A stretch of DNA of 64,000 bases. Source: Candidatus Latescibacterota bacterium. GTDB lineage: Bacteria; Latescibacterota; UBA2968; UBA8231. Positions 38,014 to 48,973 of this stretch are shown here, in pieces. Location of the stretch: contig OZ253462.1 of assembly GCA_965261395.1 (NCBI GenBank), positions 320,001 to 384,000 on the forward strand, written 5' to 3'. The stretch's first letter is position 1. Every line of letters begins with the position of its first letter. A program made the position numbers and the translations under genes. The notes under the pieces were generated by a model, which searched no databases, was not told where the DNA came from, and was given only the letters and a program-made list of their open reading frames with translations.

Positions 38014-40317
38014 ATGGCAATGGACTTAGAGTCTCTATCAAAATCCGAGGGCGCGCCGCCTCGGAATGCGGGCGTCTCGCCGCCATACCTGCCTTATGTA
38101 CTGCCCTTTTTGTTCTTGTGCTTGTCCGCGATCTCGGCTAGCTACGCCGCCTCGCTCTCCGAAAAGGAAAGCCATCGAAAAATGGTGGCTCTTTTGGCGG
38201 AGGTTCGCGCACAAGATCTCGACGACAATCCCTATCAGGGCGAAGGTCGGCTACGGCAGCTAGAAGACCAGTTACAGGCACTGCCCGATGCAGCCCCCCT
38301 ACAAGACCGAATTCGCCTCCATTTTAGCTTAGGGATCGCCGAACTTTTCTTGGGACGAGAACGCCGCGCCCTAGACCATCTCGCCGCTGCCGAAAAGATG
38401 CTCGCGGCCCAACGCTCGGTCTCCTCCCATGTGGTCAATGAGATCCATTTTCGCCTAGGGCTGGCGTGGCTGCGCTTGGGGGAAACCCAAAACTGCGTCC
38501 TCAACCCCAACGCCGACCACTGCATCTTGCCCATTCGCCCCGGAGGCTTCCATACCCTTCCCGAAGGGTCGCGCCAAGCCATCCCCTACTTCCAAGCCGT
38601 ACTCGATAATACCGCCGCAGAGGAACGCTTGCATCTGAGCGCCCGCTGGCTGCTCAACATCGCCTATATGACCTTGGGGCAATATCCCGAGGAGGTGCCG
38701 CCCGCTCACCGGATTCCCCCCAAAGCCTTTGAGTCTCAAGCAGCGTTTCCGCGCTGGGTCAATGTGGCTCCTGCCCTCGGCTTGGACACCTTCAGCCTCT
38801 CTGGTGGGGCCGTGGCCGACGACTTCGACAGCGACGGGTACCTCGATTTCTTCGTCTCGACATCGGACTTGACCGGACAACTGCGCTTTTTCCGCAACGG
38901 GGGGGACGGCACTTTTGCGGACCGGACCGAGGCGGCCAACCTCAATGGGCTGTTGGGTGGACTCAACTTGGTGCAAGCCGACTACGACAACGACGGCCAC
39001 CTCGACCTGCTCGTCCTGCGCGGAGCTTGGTTCGGCGAGCATGGCCAGCATCCCAATTCGCTGCTGCGGAATGCGGGCGATGGTACTTTCCTCGACGCGA
39101 CCTTTGCCGCCGGTCTGGGACCGGACCACTACCCAACCCAAACCGCCGCCTGGGGCGACTACGATCTCGACGGCGATCTCGACCTTTACATCGGCAACGA
39201 AACCACCGAGACCTTTGTCGCCCCCGGCCAACTCTTTCAAAACCAAGGCGATGGCACCTTCACCGATGTGGCCCCCGCCGCCGGTGTTGACCAATACGCC
39301 CATGCCAAGGCCGTCGTCTGGGGCGACTACGACGGGGACCGCTGGCCGGATCTATATGTGTCCAATCTCGGACAGCCCAACCGGCTCTACCACAATCAAG
39401 GCGACGGAACCTTCCGGGATGTGGCCCCCGCTACCGGCGTCGTCGCCCCCCGGGCCAGCTTCCCAGCCTGGTTCTGGGACTTCGACAACGACGGTCACCT
39501 CGACTTGTTCGTCGCTGCATACTCGGCCACCGTCGCCGACATCGCCGCCGCGCACTTGGGCCATCCGGTGTCCGTGGAGCAGGCACGGCTGTATCGCGGC
39601 GATGGCCAAGGCGACTTTGCGGATGTGTCCCAAGACCGCCACCTCGCGCAGCCGACCAAACCTATGGGGGCCAACTTTGGCGATGTGGACCACGATGGAT
39701 TTTTGGATGTGTACTTGGGCACCGGCGATACCGATTACGCCGAGTTGATGCCCAATGTGCTGTATTGGAACCAATCGGGTCAGCGCTTTGCCGATGTGAC
39801 TTTTGCCAGCGGGTTGGGGCATCTGCAGAAGGGGCATGGGGTCGTATTTGCCGATGTGGACCACGACGGTGATGTGGACCTATTCGAGCAGATGGGCGGG
39901 GCCTATCGCGGCGACGGATTCGCCGATGTGCTATATGAGAACCCAGGGTTTGGGCACGGCTGGCTAGCGGTTGAGGTGGTGGGAGTGGAGTCGAATCGGT
40001 CGGGGATCGGGACCCAGCTACGGGTAGATGTGGTGGAGGGAGGCCAAAGGCGATCGCTGTACCGTTGGGTGGGCAGCGGCGGCAGCTTTGGCGGCAATCC
40101 GCTGCGTCAGTACGTGGGGTTGGGTTCAGCGGAGCGGGTGGCGCAGCTAGTGGTTTTTTGGCCGCAAAGTGGCAGCGAGCAGGTGTTCGATGAAGTGCCG
40201 GTGAACGCGATCATCCGGGTCACCGAGGGACGAGACCAACTGGAGATTTTAGCGTTGCCCGCTTTTAAGTTCGAGGTCGAACATCCAAAACGGGCTGAGC
40301 ACCATCTACATCAATAA
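38014..40317 (+). CDS. CRTAC1-family protein (TPR-like N-terminus, FG-GAP repeats, ASPIC/UnbV)
   Basis: Multiple DxDxDGxLD loops; GETQNC...CILP; C-terminal SNRSGIG...GGSF...VGLG...WP. Confidence 0.85.
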   Translation: MAMDLESLSKSEGAPPRNAGVSPPYLPYVLPFLFLCLSAISASYAASLSEKESHRKMVALLAEVRAQDLDDNPYQGEGRLRQLEDQLQALPDAAPLQDRIRLHFSLGIAELFLGRERRALDHLAAAEKMLAAQRSVSSHVVNEIHFRLGLAWLRLGETQNCVLNPNADHCILPIRPGGFHTLPEGSRQAIPYFQAVLDNTAAEERLHLSARWLLNIAYMTLGQYPEEVPPAHRIPPKAFESQAAFPRWVNVAPALGLDTFSLSGGAVADDFDSDGYLDFFVSTSDLTGQLRFFRNGGDGTFADRTEAANLNGLLGGLNLVQADYDNDGHLDLLVLRGAWFGEHGQHPNSLLRNAGDGTFLDATFAAGLGPDHYPTQTAAWGDYDLDGDLDLYIGNETTETFVAPGQLFQNQGDGTFTDVAPAAGVDQYAHAKAVVWGDYDGDRWPDLYVSNLGQPNRLYHNQGDGTFRDVAPATGVVAPRASFPAWFWDFDNDGHLDLFVAAYSATVADIAAAHLGHPVSVEQARLYRGDGQGDFADVSQDRHLAQPTKPMGANFGDVDHDGFLDVYLGTGDTDYAELMPNVLYWNQSGQRFADVTFASGLGHLQKGHGVVFADVDHDGDVDLFEQMGGAYRGDGFADVLYENPGFGHGWLAVEVVGVESNRSGIGTQLRVDVVEGGQRRSLYRWVGSGGSFGGNPLRQYVGLGSAERVAQLVVFWPQSGSEQVFDEVPVNAIIRVTEGRDQLEILALPAFKFEVEHPKRAEHHLHQ

Positions 40318-40351
40318 AGGGAGGGTCCTATCGCCATCGAACTATGCGAGT

Positions 40352-41646
40352 CTAAGACGCGCGCTCGACCTGCACCGCAATGATGTCTAGGTCGTGGTAT
40401 TTCTGGTGCCGCACCGCAGCGGCGTAGTGCCGCAACAGACGAAACGAAATCTCGCGTTCGTCTATTATCTCGGGCTGTTCGCTCAGAAACGCCAGCCGGT
40501 CTTCGAAATTTTCCCCCGCCGCAGCCGCCAAAAACTCCAGCTCCACCGCCCCTTCGGCGGGCCATGCGGTGAGGATCAAGTGCCGTCCGTTATGGGCTGC
40601 ATTGTCCTCAGCTTGTTGTATCAGGGTCGCTAGGGTCTCTTCCCCTGCGGCGCACAGTCGCTCGGTCGCCGGATCGTCCCAGCCGACTCTCGCGGCAAAG
40701 GCGCGGAGGAATTCGTCGATTTTGGGCAGCGAGGCTACGTTTAACTCGACTTCTAGACGTCGGCGGCGCGGAGCCGTCAGCTCCATGAATGCGGTCAACA
40801 CAATCGCCGTAAGACAACCAGCGGTCATGCCGTTGCCGAGCAAGGTGCCCCACGTCCCGCCCAGCAAGTCGGCGAAGATCACCTGATAACGACCACAAAC
40901 GCCGGTAGCAGCGCCCAGAACTCTGCACTGAACGTCAGGTCCAATCCCGGCCACGCGCCATCGGGAAAACCGATCCAAGGCGCTTCGATCACGGGCTGAA
41001 TGTCGTACAGTCCGAAGGGGGCAGCCACCGCGCAGCCTACCACGATGCCGATGAGTGGTGCCCATAGTCGCCAAGTCACGGGGGCGCGCAGTGCCAACAC
41101 CACAAGGACAACGAGCGTCGCCCCAGCCGCAGTCGGAGCAGCGGCCGGCGACGTGCCCTCGGGTACATCCGCCAGCAAGCCGAAAACGATCGGCATGACC
41201 GTGACGGCGATCAGCATGATCACCGTGCCGGAGACGACCGGCGTGATAATCCGGCGCAGCAGTGAAAGCCGCGCGGCCAAAGCAAACTGAAACAGCGACG
41301 AGACGACGATCAAGCTCGCCATCAGGGGCGGTCCGCCCTTCACCAGGGCCGTGATGCAGACCGCGATGAAGGCACCAGAGGTGCCCATGATGAGCACGTG
41401 CCCGGCCCCGATCCGTCCGACCCGAACCGCTTGCAAGACCGTGCTCACTCCACTGATCAGCAGCGCCGCGAAGGCGATCCAAGTCAGGTAGCTCTCCGGC
41501 TGGTTGGCCGCCCGGCCAATAATGACCGCGCTGAGCACCACCGGCGCGATGATGACCACCGCGGCCTGAAAGCCAACCCCAACGGCAACGGAGTGGGGGG
41601 GCCGCTCGTCCGGCTCATAGCGGATGTTTTCATTTGCTTGCGCCAT
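40352..41646 (-). pseudogene. Xanthine/uracil (NCS2) permease with C-terminal soluble domain; internal deletion and frameshift near 40885
   Basis: The N-half (STVLQ, MGTSGAF, ITPVVSG) stops after LLPAFVVV; the C-half (LLGNGMTAG...) is in another frame; the central signature is missing. Confidence 0.75.
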
Positions 41647-41849
41647 TGTCAAATTCACTCTTTCAATCAGGTTGCACTGCAAAGCCTGCGAGGCTCTATA
41701 TCAGTGGGAAGAAAGTGCGACGGATCTGACCGATGCACCATGTCCTATACAACTCGCGTCAAAGCCTCGGCACCTTCAAAGACGCCATACCACCAGCAAC
41801 TGGGCCGTACTCTCGTCTTCGTCCGTTCCGAGCTTGTTGAGCCAGTACT

Positions 41850-42164
41850 ATCCCTAATCGGGCCGACGCGCAATTCCTTGTTGGCCAGCTTGCCGAAACT
41901 CAGGGTTGGATACCATTCGCCATAGAAATCTCGGTCGTTGAAACCGTCGCGGGCGTCGTCATTGAGGTAGTCGATAAAAAAGAAGCTGTCCCCCAATTTC
42001 CACCCCGCAGCTTGTTGCACGGTAAATACAAAGGTCTGTTGTGCCGCTGCCGAGAATGGATTCTTGTGTTTGCCGTACTGCAGGTGAAACTCGGTTTGAG
42101 AAAACGCTGCGGCCTGGGTGGCCAGCAGTGCGACCAAGAAAATACCGGCGTATGCTGTTTTCAT
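41850..42164 (-). pseudogene. Truncated nucleoside-channel (Tsx/DUF5020-like) outer membrane protein
   Basis: Signal peptide, TEFHLQYG, GDSFFFID, FYGEWYP; similarity ends at GPIRD. Confidence 0.6.
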
Positions 42165-42190
42165 TGCTATCCTCACTTCTTCGACCTGCT

Positions 42191-44179
42191 CTACTGGGAA
42201 TCTGCAAGTCGGGCTAATGCCTCTTGGGCGGCTTGGGTCAGGCGGGGATCGCCCCGCCATTGCGCGAGGAAATGCTGGTACGCGCGGATGGCTTGGCGGG
42301 GTTGCGCCGCCTCTTGGTAGAGAACGCCAAGTGCATAATGCGCTCTGGCATAGGTAGAATCCGCACGCAGGGCGGCTTGGTACTGGCGCACGGCCTTATC
42401 ACGGATCTCCTGTTGGGCGTAGAGGCGGCCCAGATTGTAGTGAGCTTCAGCAAAGTCGGGCGCTACCTCAAGTGCCTGTTGGTAGGCTGTCGCCGCCTGT
42501 TGGAGATCGTTTTTTTCTAGATGGATATTGCCCAGATTGTTATAGGCTTGCGCGTGGGCAGGCTCTAGTGCCAACGTGCGCTCTAAGGCGGCCTCGGCCT
42601 CCTCGATACGGCCCTGTGCGTGGTAGAGATGACCGAGCGTAAAGTAAATTTTATAGAGGGCAGAGTCCGGGGGGCTATGCGCTAGGGCCTCTTGGCATAC
42701 CCGCAGTGCGCTAGCGAGCTTGTCGCGCTGGGCGTAGAGGCCGCTTAGCTGGAGGCGCGCCTCCAAATGGGTGGGCGCAGAGGAGAGCAGCAACCGGTAC
42801 TGGGCTTCGGCCTTTCCCCACTGCCGGAGCATGAGGTAAGCGCGAGCCAGACGCAAGCGAGCTTCGACGTTGGCAGGAGCAGAGTCGAGGGCTTGCTGTA
42901 GCTGGTTGATGTGGTTGTGGAGGCGTCCGAGGCGTTCAAAGCGACTTTGTAGGCGCTCGGCCTCGGTCGCTTGGCCAAGAGCGAGGAGGACATTGGCCAA
43001 GTTGTAGAGGGCTTCCGGGTGCCAGGGATTGATTGCGAGAACTTGGCGCAGCATCTTGGCCGCTTCCTCGGGGCGATCCAAATCGCTATAGAGCAGACCC
43101 AACTGACGCCAAGATTCGCTGTGCTGCGGGTCCATTGCCACGGCTTCTTTTAAGAGGGCTTCGGCCTTTTGGTACTGGGTTTGGCGGATGTAGAGGGCAC
43201 CCAGTTCGCTGCGAGCTTCCATCAGGTTGGGATCGGTCTCAATGGCTTGCAGCAGGGCTTTTTCGGCCTTGTCGTAAAAGCCCTGGTTGACATACAGCCG
43301 CGACAAGAGCTGCAAGGCTGCCGTCTGAGTCGAATCTAGTGCGACGGCTTTTTCGGCCAAGGCTACTGCTTCGGGGATGCGCTGCTGAGTAGCGTAGATA
43401 GCCCCCAACTTATAGCGCGCTTCGGCGTTTTCCTTGTCCAACGCCATGGCGCTTGTGTACTCGCGGACCGCCTCGTCCAATTTTCCAACGCGGGTATAGA
43501 CATCTCCCAAGCGGATGTGGAGGTCGGTACTGGGCGCGATGCGGAGGGCCTCGCCGTACGCGGCTATCGCGGCTTCAACGCGCAAATCTTCGGCGTAAAG
43601 GTGGCCCAAGGCCGCGTGAACTTCCCGGGAAAATGGGTCGAGGTCAACGGCCCGCAACAGGGCCGCCACCGCTTGGTCGAGTTCCCGCAGATCGCGCAGG
43701 GCGCGGGCGAGATTGATGTAGAACGCGATGTGCTCTGGGGCTTGGCGCACGGCCGCTTGATACGCGGCCGCAGCTTTTTCCAATGCTCCATTCTGGTAGT
43801 GGATATTGCCCAAATTATTGCTCGCCGCAGCCAAGGTGGAGTCGAGGTCAAGGGCTTTTTGAAAGTGGGCCGCGGCCTCGTCCAGGGCACCGCGCCGCTG
43901 AGCCAAAAGCCCTAAGCCATCGTGAGCAAGAGCATAGTTTGGATCGAGATCGAGGGCTTTGGCGTAGTTGCGCTGGGCTTCGTCGTAGCGGCCGGCTTGC
44001 GTATAGGCCACGGCCAAGTTGTAGTAGGCGGGGGGCGCGGTGGGATTTTGGCGGGTGAGGCGGAGGTGCTTTTCTAAGGCGTCGCCATCGGGGTCTTGGG
44101 AGCAAGCCGCGCCCAGAATTAGAAGAGCAAATAGGCCGTACCGCGGTCGAGGTACGGGGGAGTTGGTGATCATCTGCAA
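42191..44179 (-). CDS. Multi-TPR lipoprotein
   Basis: LGAAC lipobox; many 34-aa AxYNLG...A...Y..AL..P repeats. Confidence 0.9.
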   Translation of the reverse strand: MQMITNSPVPRPRYGLFALLILGAACSQDPDGDALEKHLRLTRQNPTAPPAYYNLAVAYTQAGRYDEAQRNYAKALDLDPNYALAHDGLGLLAQRRGALDEAAAHFQKALDLDSTLAAASNNLGNIHYQNGALEKAAAAYQAAVRQAPEHIAFYINLARALRDLRELDQAVAALLRAVDLDPFSREVHAALGHLYAEDLRVEAAIAAYGEALRIAPSTDLHIRLGDVYTRVGKLDEAVREYTSAMALDKENAEARYKLGAIYATQQRIPEAVALAEKAVALDSTQTAALQLLSRLYVNQGFYDKAEKALLQAIETDPNLMEARSELGALYIRQTQYQKAEALLKEAVAMDPQHSESWRQLGLLYSDLDRPEEAAKMLRQVLAINPWHPEALYNLANVLLALGQATEAERLQSRFERLGRLHNHINQLQQALDSAPANVEARLRLARAYLMLRQWGKAEAQYRLLLSSAPTHLEARLQLSGLYAQRDKLASALRVCQEALAHSPPDSALYKIYFTLGHLYHAQGRIEEAEAALERTLALEPAHAQAYNNLGNIHLEKNDLQQAATAYQQALEVAPDFAEAHYNLGRLYAQQEIRDKAVRQYQAALRADSTYARAHYALGVLYQEAAQPRQAIRAYQHFLAQWRGDPRLTQAAQEALARLADSQ

Positions 44180-44189
44180 CTCCTTGGCA

Positions 44190-46757
44190 TCAGGGTTTGG
44201 ATTGAACTATGTGCAGGATCTGATCGGCCGCCACTTCTTCCATTTTTTGCAACGTGCCGTCGGGCCAGCGGATTTCGACTGTGGCCCGGGTGGCCTCTCC
44301 TAGGCCAAAGTGGAGACGGGGATCGCTGCTCGAAAGATAGCTACCGCCCGCCTGGCGCTCCTTGACTTGGCGCTGCCCACCGGCCGTCACGGCGACGCGG
44401 GCGTGCTGCGAGGTGCCCCCTAACTGAATCGTCAGCCAGTGCTGCCGGTTGCCCCCGTCGTTGCGCAGGAGGTTGGGGGGGGCGGCAACATTGGTCACTA
44501 GCAGGTCTAAGTCGCCATCGTTGTCGTAGTCGGCCGTGGCCGAACCGCGGCTTACCGCCGCTGCCGCAAGCGCGGGACCGAGCCTAGTAGAAACATCGAC
44601 AAAGCGGGTCCCCCGCTGGTTGCAAAGCACCTGATTGGGCTGCGGGTAGGCATGGTCGGGATGCACTTGGGTGATTTTGTCCATGACGTGGCCATTAGCG
44701 ACAAAGAGGTCCAAGTCGCCATCGTTGTCGTAGTCGAGGAAATTGGTGCCAAAGCCCAGCGGCTTGTAGCTGCACTCGGCCAAGCCGGCGCGCAGGGTGA
44801 TGTCGTAGAATTGCCCTTGCCCATCGTTGCCGTACAAGGTATTGGTCTCTTGGGCGAAGTTGGTCACAAAAATATCTTGGAACCCGTCGTTGTCCCAATC
44901 CCCGAACTCCACCCCCATGCCGGCTTCGGCCAAGCCGTCCTCGTTGTAGCGCCCTCCGGCGTAGAGGCCGACCTCGGCAAAGCGGTTTCCTTGGTTTTGG
45001 TAAAGGAAGTTCATAGTGCCGTCGTTAGCCACGTAAATGTCGGTGTCGCCGTCGAGATCGTAATCCGCGAAGGCCACGCCTAAGCCGCGCCCCTTGTGGA
45101 TGATTCCCACCTCCGACGCCACATCGCGGAATTGGCCGTCTTCGTTGCGGTAGAGTACATCGCCTACCGGCTCGTAGAACTTCGGCTCGCAATAGGAGCG
45201 GATGCCGCCCTCGGCACAGACGATGTTTTTCTGCGGGTCAAAGTCCACGTAATTGGTCGCGTAGAGATCCAAATCGCCATCGAGGTCGTAGTCCAAGAAG
45301 CCGCAACTAGTGCCCCACCGGGCATCGGCTCCGCCCACGGCTGCGCTCGCGTCGGCAAAGCGTCCAGCGCCCTCGTTGCGCAACAGGAGGTTGGGGCCAA
45401 CGTTGGTCACGTAGAGATCCACGTCCCCATCGGCGTCGTAGTCGGCCGCGGCACAGCCCATGCCGTAGCCGGTGTGTCCGGCCCCCGAGGCAGCGGTCAC
45501 ATCGGCGAAGCCGCCAGCACCGGTGTTGTGGTACAGGCGATTGGCAGGGATTGGATCGGGGCGCTCGCCGCTTAGGGGGGCACCGTTGACCAGATAGAGA
45601 TCGAGCCAGCCATCGCCATCAACGTCGAGGAAGGCCGCCCCGGCACCAAAGGTTTCGACGTAGTAGTATTCGCCCGAAAAGCCGTTGTAGTGCGCAAAAT
45701 CGAGACCGGCCGCTTGGGTTACATCAACCAGTTGAATGAGGTTGCAGCTATAGTCGGCGTTGTCTGGCGGTGGAACTGGGCGGGCGGCGGCCTTGAGTCT
45801 TAGGTCTATGGAAGGAGCGGTCATATCTGCTAAGTCGGGGGCGACACTAAAATGGACACCGGGGTGGAACGGCTGGGCAAAGGTCGCGCCAGCAAAGGTG
45901 GCCTCCTGTTTGAAGCGGCTGTCAACAAAGAACGCCGAGTCGTGAAAGTGGGCACCGACAAAGCGGGCCGGGCCGACAAAGACGATTCGGCGGAAGGAGG
46001 TCGTAGCGAAAAAATTGGCTCGCGCGAAATGGGCTGTGCCGCGGAAGTAGGCCGCAGTGAACGTGGCGGCTCCCGCAAAACGGCTTTGCTCAAACAGGGC
46101 GTCCTCGCCAAAGCGAACGCCGGCAAATGAAACGGGCGATTGCCACACTGCCTCTTTGAAGGAGGCCAGATCTGCAAAGGAAGCATCCTGAAAATGGGAG
46201 GAGCGGGCGAACACCGCCTGGTCGAAATAGGTCGCGTCCTCAAATTGAGTGCGCTCAAAGGTGGTTTCTCCGCTAAAGTTGCTCTGCTGAAAAAAGGCCG
46301 CAGCGGAAAATTGGGTCGCCGAGAAATCTACTTTGTCGGCAAGCAAAGTCCTTTTGAAATTAGCCTTGCCCACGATGCGGCAGTCGCGGCAGGAAAATCC
46401 ACTTTCGCAGCGGGTTTCGAGCAGGGAGATACCCTGTTGGAAGTGGGCGCGAACAAAGTGCATCGATTGCAGAAAAACGGCGCGTTCTAAGACTACGGGG
46501 CTGGTAAAGCGCACGTCCTCAAAAGCGAGCGCCGTGCGCAGGGTGTCGCCGGTCAACTCAAGCGGCCCCTGCACCACAATGCGGTTGTATTCGAGTACGG
46601 TGTCGGCAGCGGCTCGCTGGATTGTTGCGACGAGGTCGCGGGCGAGGATGAGCTGGTAGGCTTTGCCTTCTATGGTCACTTCGTATTGAGCCATCGAGGG
46701 CAGGGGAACCATCAGGAATAGCAAGAGAAGACGATGGACAGATGAGTAGAAGACCAT
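44190..46757 (-). CDS. Pentapeptide-repeat / CRTAC1 (FG-GAP + ASPIC/UnbV) fusion
   Basis: About 200 aa of AxF..axF repeats, then DVDGDGWLD loops and GGSYLSSSDPRLHFGLG; start re-set to MVFYSS. Confidence 0.8.
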   Translation of the reverse strand: MVFYSSVHRLLLLFLMVPLPSMAQYEVTIEGKAYQLILARDLVATIQRAAADTVLEYNRIVVQGPLELTGDTLRTALAFEDVRFTSPVVLERAVFLQSMHFVRAHFQQGISLLETRCESGFSCRDCRIVGKANFKRTLLADKVDFSATQFSAAAFFQQSNFSGETTFERTQFEDATYFDQAVFARSSHFQDASFADLASFKEAVWQSPVSFAGVRFGEDALFEQSRFAGAATFTAAYFRGTAHFARANFFATTSFRRIVFVGPARFVGAHFHDSAFFVDSRFKQEATFAGATFAQPFHPGVHFSVAPDLADMTAPSIDLRLKAAARPVPPPDNADYSCNLIQLVDVTQAAGLDFAHYNGFSGEYYYVETFGAGAAFLDVDGDGWLDLYLVNGAPLSGERPDPIPANRLYHNTGAGGFADVTAASGAGHTGYGMGCAAADYDADGDVDLYVTNVGPNLLLRNEGAGRFADASAAVGGADARWGTSCGFLDYDLDGDLDLYATNYVDFDPQKNIVCAEGGIRSYCEPKFYEPVGDVLYRNEDGQFRDVASEVGIIHKGRGLGVAFADYDLDGDTDIYVANDGTMNFLYQNQGNRFAEVGLYAGGRYNEDGLAEAGMGVEFGDWDNDGFQDIFVTNFAQETNTLYGNDGQGQFYDITLRAGLAECSYKPLGFGTNFLDYDNDGDLDLFVANGHVMDKITQVHPDHAYPQPNQVLCNQRGTRFVDVSTRLGPALAAAAVSRGSATADYDNDGDLDLLVTNVAAPPNLLRNDGGNRQHWLTIQLGGTSQHARVAVTAGGQRQVKERQAGGSYLSSSDPRLHFGLGEATRATVEIRWPDGTLQKMEEVAADQILHIVQSKP

Positions 46758-46930
46758 AGTTTGCGAAAGCTCAGGACTTTGGCTTTTTGAGGGAGTCCAT
46801 AATATCCAACACAAGCGCGGGGCGGCAAGACGCATTCGCTTGACATAAGGGGTCCATGCTACTTGTTTAACGCCCATCTTAACACAAAATCACTCTCGTA
46901 AACGCCAAAACACGTCGAAAAGTATAGACC

Positions 46931-48886
46931 ATGCTGAACTGTCAGGCAGCTTTTCTCACTGCGCTGTGTATTCTTGCGTTCACGCCCCTAAAAATCGCCC
47001 ACGCTGAATCCAACGCCCCAGGGCCTGCAAAAATTCTCAAACCCTTTCCCGAGCCGGCCGCAATCGTCGAACCACCGTGGATGGCACGCCGCCAGCAAAC
47101 CCAATTGGAGGCGGCCCAAGCCTACGAGGTCTTTTGCGATTTCTCCTTTACCGACCAGCTTGAAGCCAGTGGCATTGCGTTTCGCAATAGGGTGGTGGAT
47201 GATTCGGGCAAGCACCACATCCCGGTCCACTACGACCATGGCAATGGGCTGGCGGTGGGGGATGTGGATGGCGATGGCCTCTACGACCTCTACTTTACGA
47301 CCCAAGTGGGAGGCAATCAGCTCTGGCGCAATCTCGGCGGAGCGCGCTTTGAGAATCACACCACTCCGAGTCTGGAATTGGCCGATAGGATCGGGGTAAG
47401 CGCGTCGTTTGGCGACATTGATAACGACGGCGATGTCGATCTGTATGCCACGGCGGTGCGGTTGGGCAACCGGCTCTTGGTCAACGACGGAACCGGCCGC
47501 TTCGAGGATATAACGGCGCATTCGGGCACGGGCTGGCAGGCGCACTCGTCGTCCGGTGAGTTCTTCGACTACGATAACGATGGGTTGCTGGATCTGTTTG
47601 TGACCAATGTGGGGGTCTATACCAAGGATGAAAAAAGGACCGCGGCGGTCGATCCGACGCAACTGGAGGAAGGGGCGACCTATCAGTACTACCGGGGTTT
47701 CAAGGATGCCTTCTCTGGGCATTTGAAGCCCGAGCGTGCCGAGCAGAGCGCGCTGTTCAAGAATCTCGGGCAGCGGGCTTTCGCCGAGGTCTCACACGAG
47801 GTGGGGTTGTTGGATTCGAGCTGGTCAGGAGACGCTAGTCCGGTAGATTTCAACGGCGATGGCTGGCAGGACCTCTACGTGCTCAATATGCAGGGGCACG
47901 ACGAATACTACGAGAATGTGGCAGGGCACTTCGTCAAAAAGAGCCGCGAGGTGTTCCCCAAAACGCCGTGGGGGTCGATGGGGATCAAGGCCCTCGACTA
48001 CGACAACGACAGCCGGATGGATCTCTTCATCTCCGATATGCACTCCGATATGGGTCAGGCGGTGGGTCCTTGGGACGAAAAAATCAAGGCGGATATCCAG
48101 TATCCAGAAGATTTTTTACAGAGCGAGGGATTGAGCATCTTCGGCAATGCCTTTTACCACCAAGTAGGCGAGGGGCAGTTCGAGGAAGTCTCCGACCTGA
48201 TCGGTGCTGAAAACTACTGGCCGTGGGGACTGAGCAGCGGCGATCTCAACGCCGATGGCTGGCAGGATGTGTTCTTGGCTTCAAGCATGAATTATCCCTT
48301 TCGCTATGGGGTCAACACCGTCTTGCTCAACGACCAAGGACGCGGCTTCCTCGACAGCGAGTTCGTCTTGGGAGTGGAGCCACGACGCGACGATCGGACC
48401 GCGCAGCCGTGGTTCGCCCTCGACTGCGACGAGGCGGATAGAGAGCACAAAAACTGCGAGGGCCAAGAGGGGGGACTGCTGGTGTACGGTGCCTTGGGGA
48501 CGCGCTCGTCGGCGCTGTTCGACGTGGAGGGCGATGGCGATCTCGACATTGTGACCAATGAGTTCAATGGGGTGCCGCTGGTCTTGCTCAGCGACCTGAG
48601 TCAGCGTCGGGCGGGGTTGCGCTACGTGGAAGTGGTACTGGTGGGGAAGGCGTCGAATCGGGATGGGTTGGGCGCAGTGGTCGCCGTGGAAGCCGGCGAT
48701 CAGGTATATACCCAAGTGCAGGATGGGCAGTCGGGGTATCTGTCGCAGAGTGTTTTTGGACTCTACTTTGGCTTGGGGGCGGCGGCGGCGGTGGATCGCC
48801 TAACGGTGCGCTGGCCTTCGGGTCAGACGCAGACTTTGGACGGCCCCATCCAGACCAACCAGCGACTCACGCTAGCAGAACCTTAG
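46931..48886 (+). CDS. Secreted CRTAC1-family protein (FG-GAP + ASPIC/UnbV)
   Basis: Signal peptide, DxDxDG loops, SNRDGLGA, GYLSQS, YFGLG, RWPSG. Confidence 0.88.
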   Translation: MLNCQAAFLTALCILAFTPLKIAHAESNAPGPAKILKPFPEPAAIVEPPWMARRQQTQLEAAQAYEVFCDFSFTDQLEASGIAFRNRVVDDSGKHHIPVHYDHGNGLAVGDVDGDGLYDLYFTTQVGGNQLWRNLGGARFENHTTPSLELADRIGVSASFGDIDNDGDVDLYATAVRLGNRLLVNDGTGRFEDITAHSGTGWQAHSSSGEFFDYDNDGLLDLFVTNVGVYTKDEKRTAAVDPTQLEEGATYQYYRGFKDAFSGHLKPERAEQSALFKNLGQRAFAEVSHEVGLLDSSWSGDASPVDFNGDGWQDLYVLNMQGHDEYYENVAGHFVKKSREVFPKTPWGSMGIKALDYDNDSRMDLFISDMHSDMGQAVGPWDEKIKADIQYPEDFLQSEGLSIFGNAFYHQVGEGQFEEVSDLIGAENYWPWGLSSGDLNADGWQDVFLASSMNYPFRYGVNTVLLNDQGRGFLDSEFVLGVEPRRDDRTAQPWFALDCDEADREHKNCEGQEGGLLVYGALGTRSSALFDVEGDGDLDIVTNEFNGVPLVLLSDLSQRRAGLRYVEVVLVGKASNRDGLGAVVAVEAGDQVYTQVQDGQSGYLSQSVFGLYFGLGAAAAVDRLTVRWPSGQTQTLDGPIQTNQRLTLAEP

Positions 48887-48973
48887 ACTAGCGGCTAGGG
48901 CGGAGAGGTTAGGGCATCCCTCCCCTAGCCCCTTTACGCACGATTACAGTCTCTCAAAAACAGAGCACTCAGT

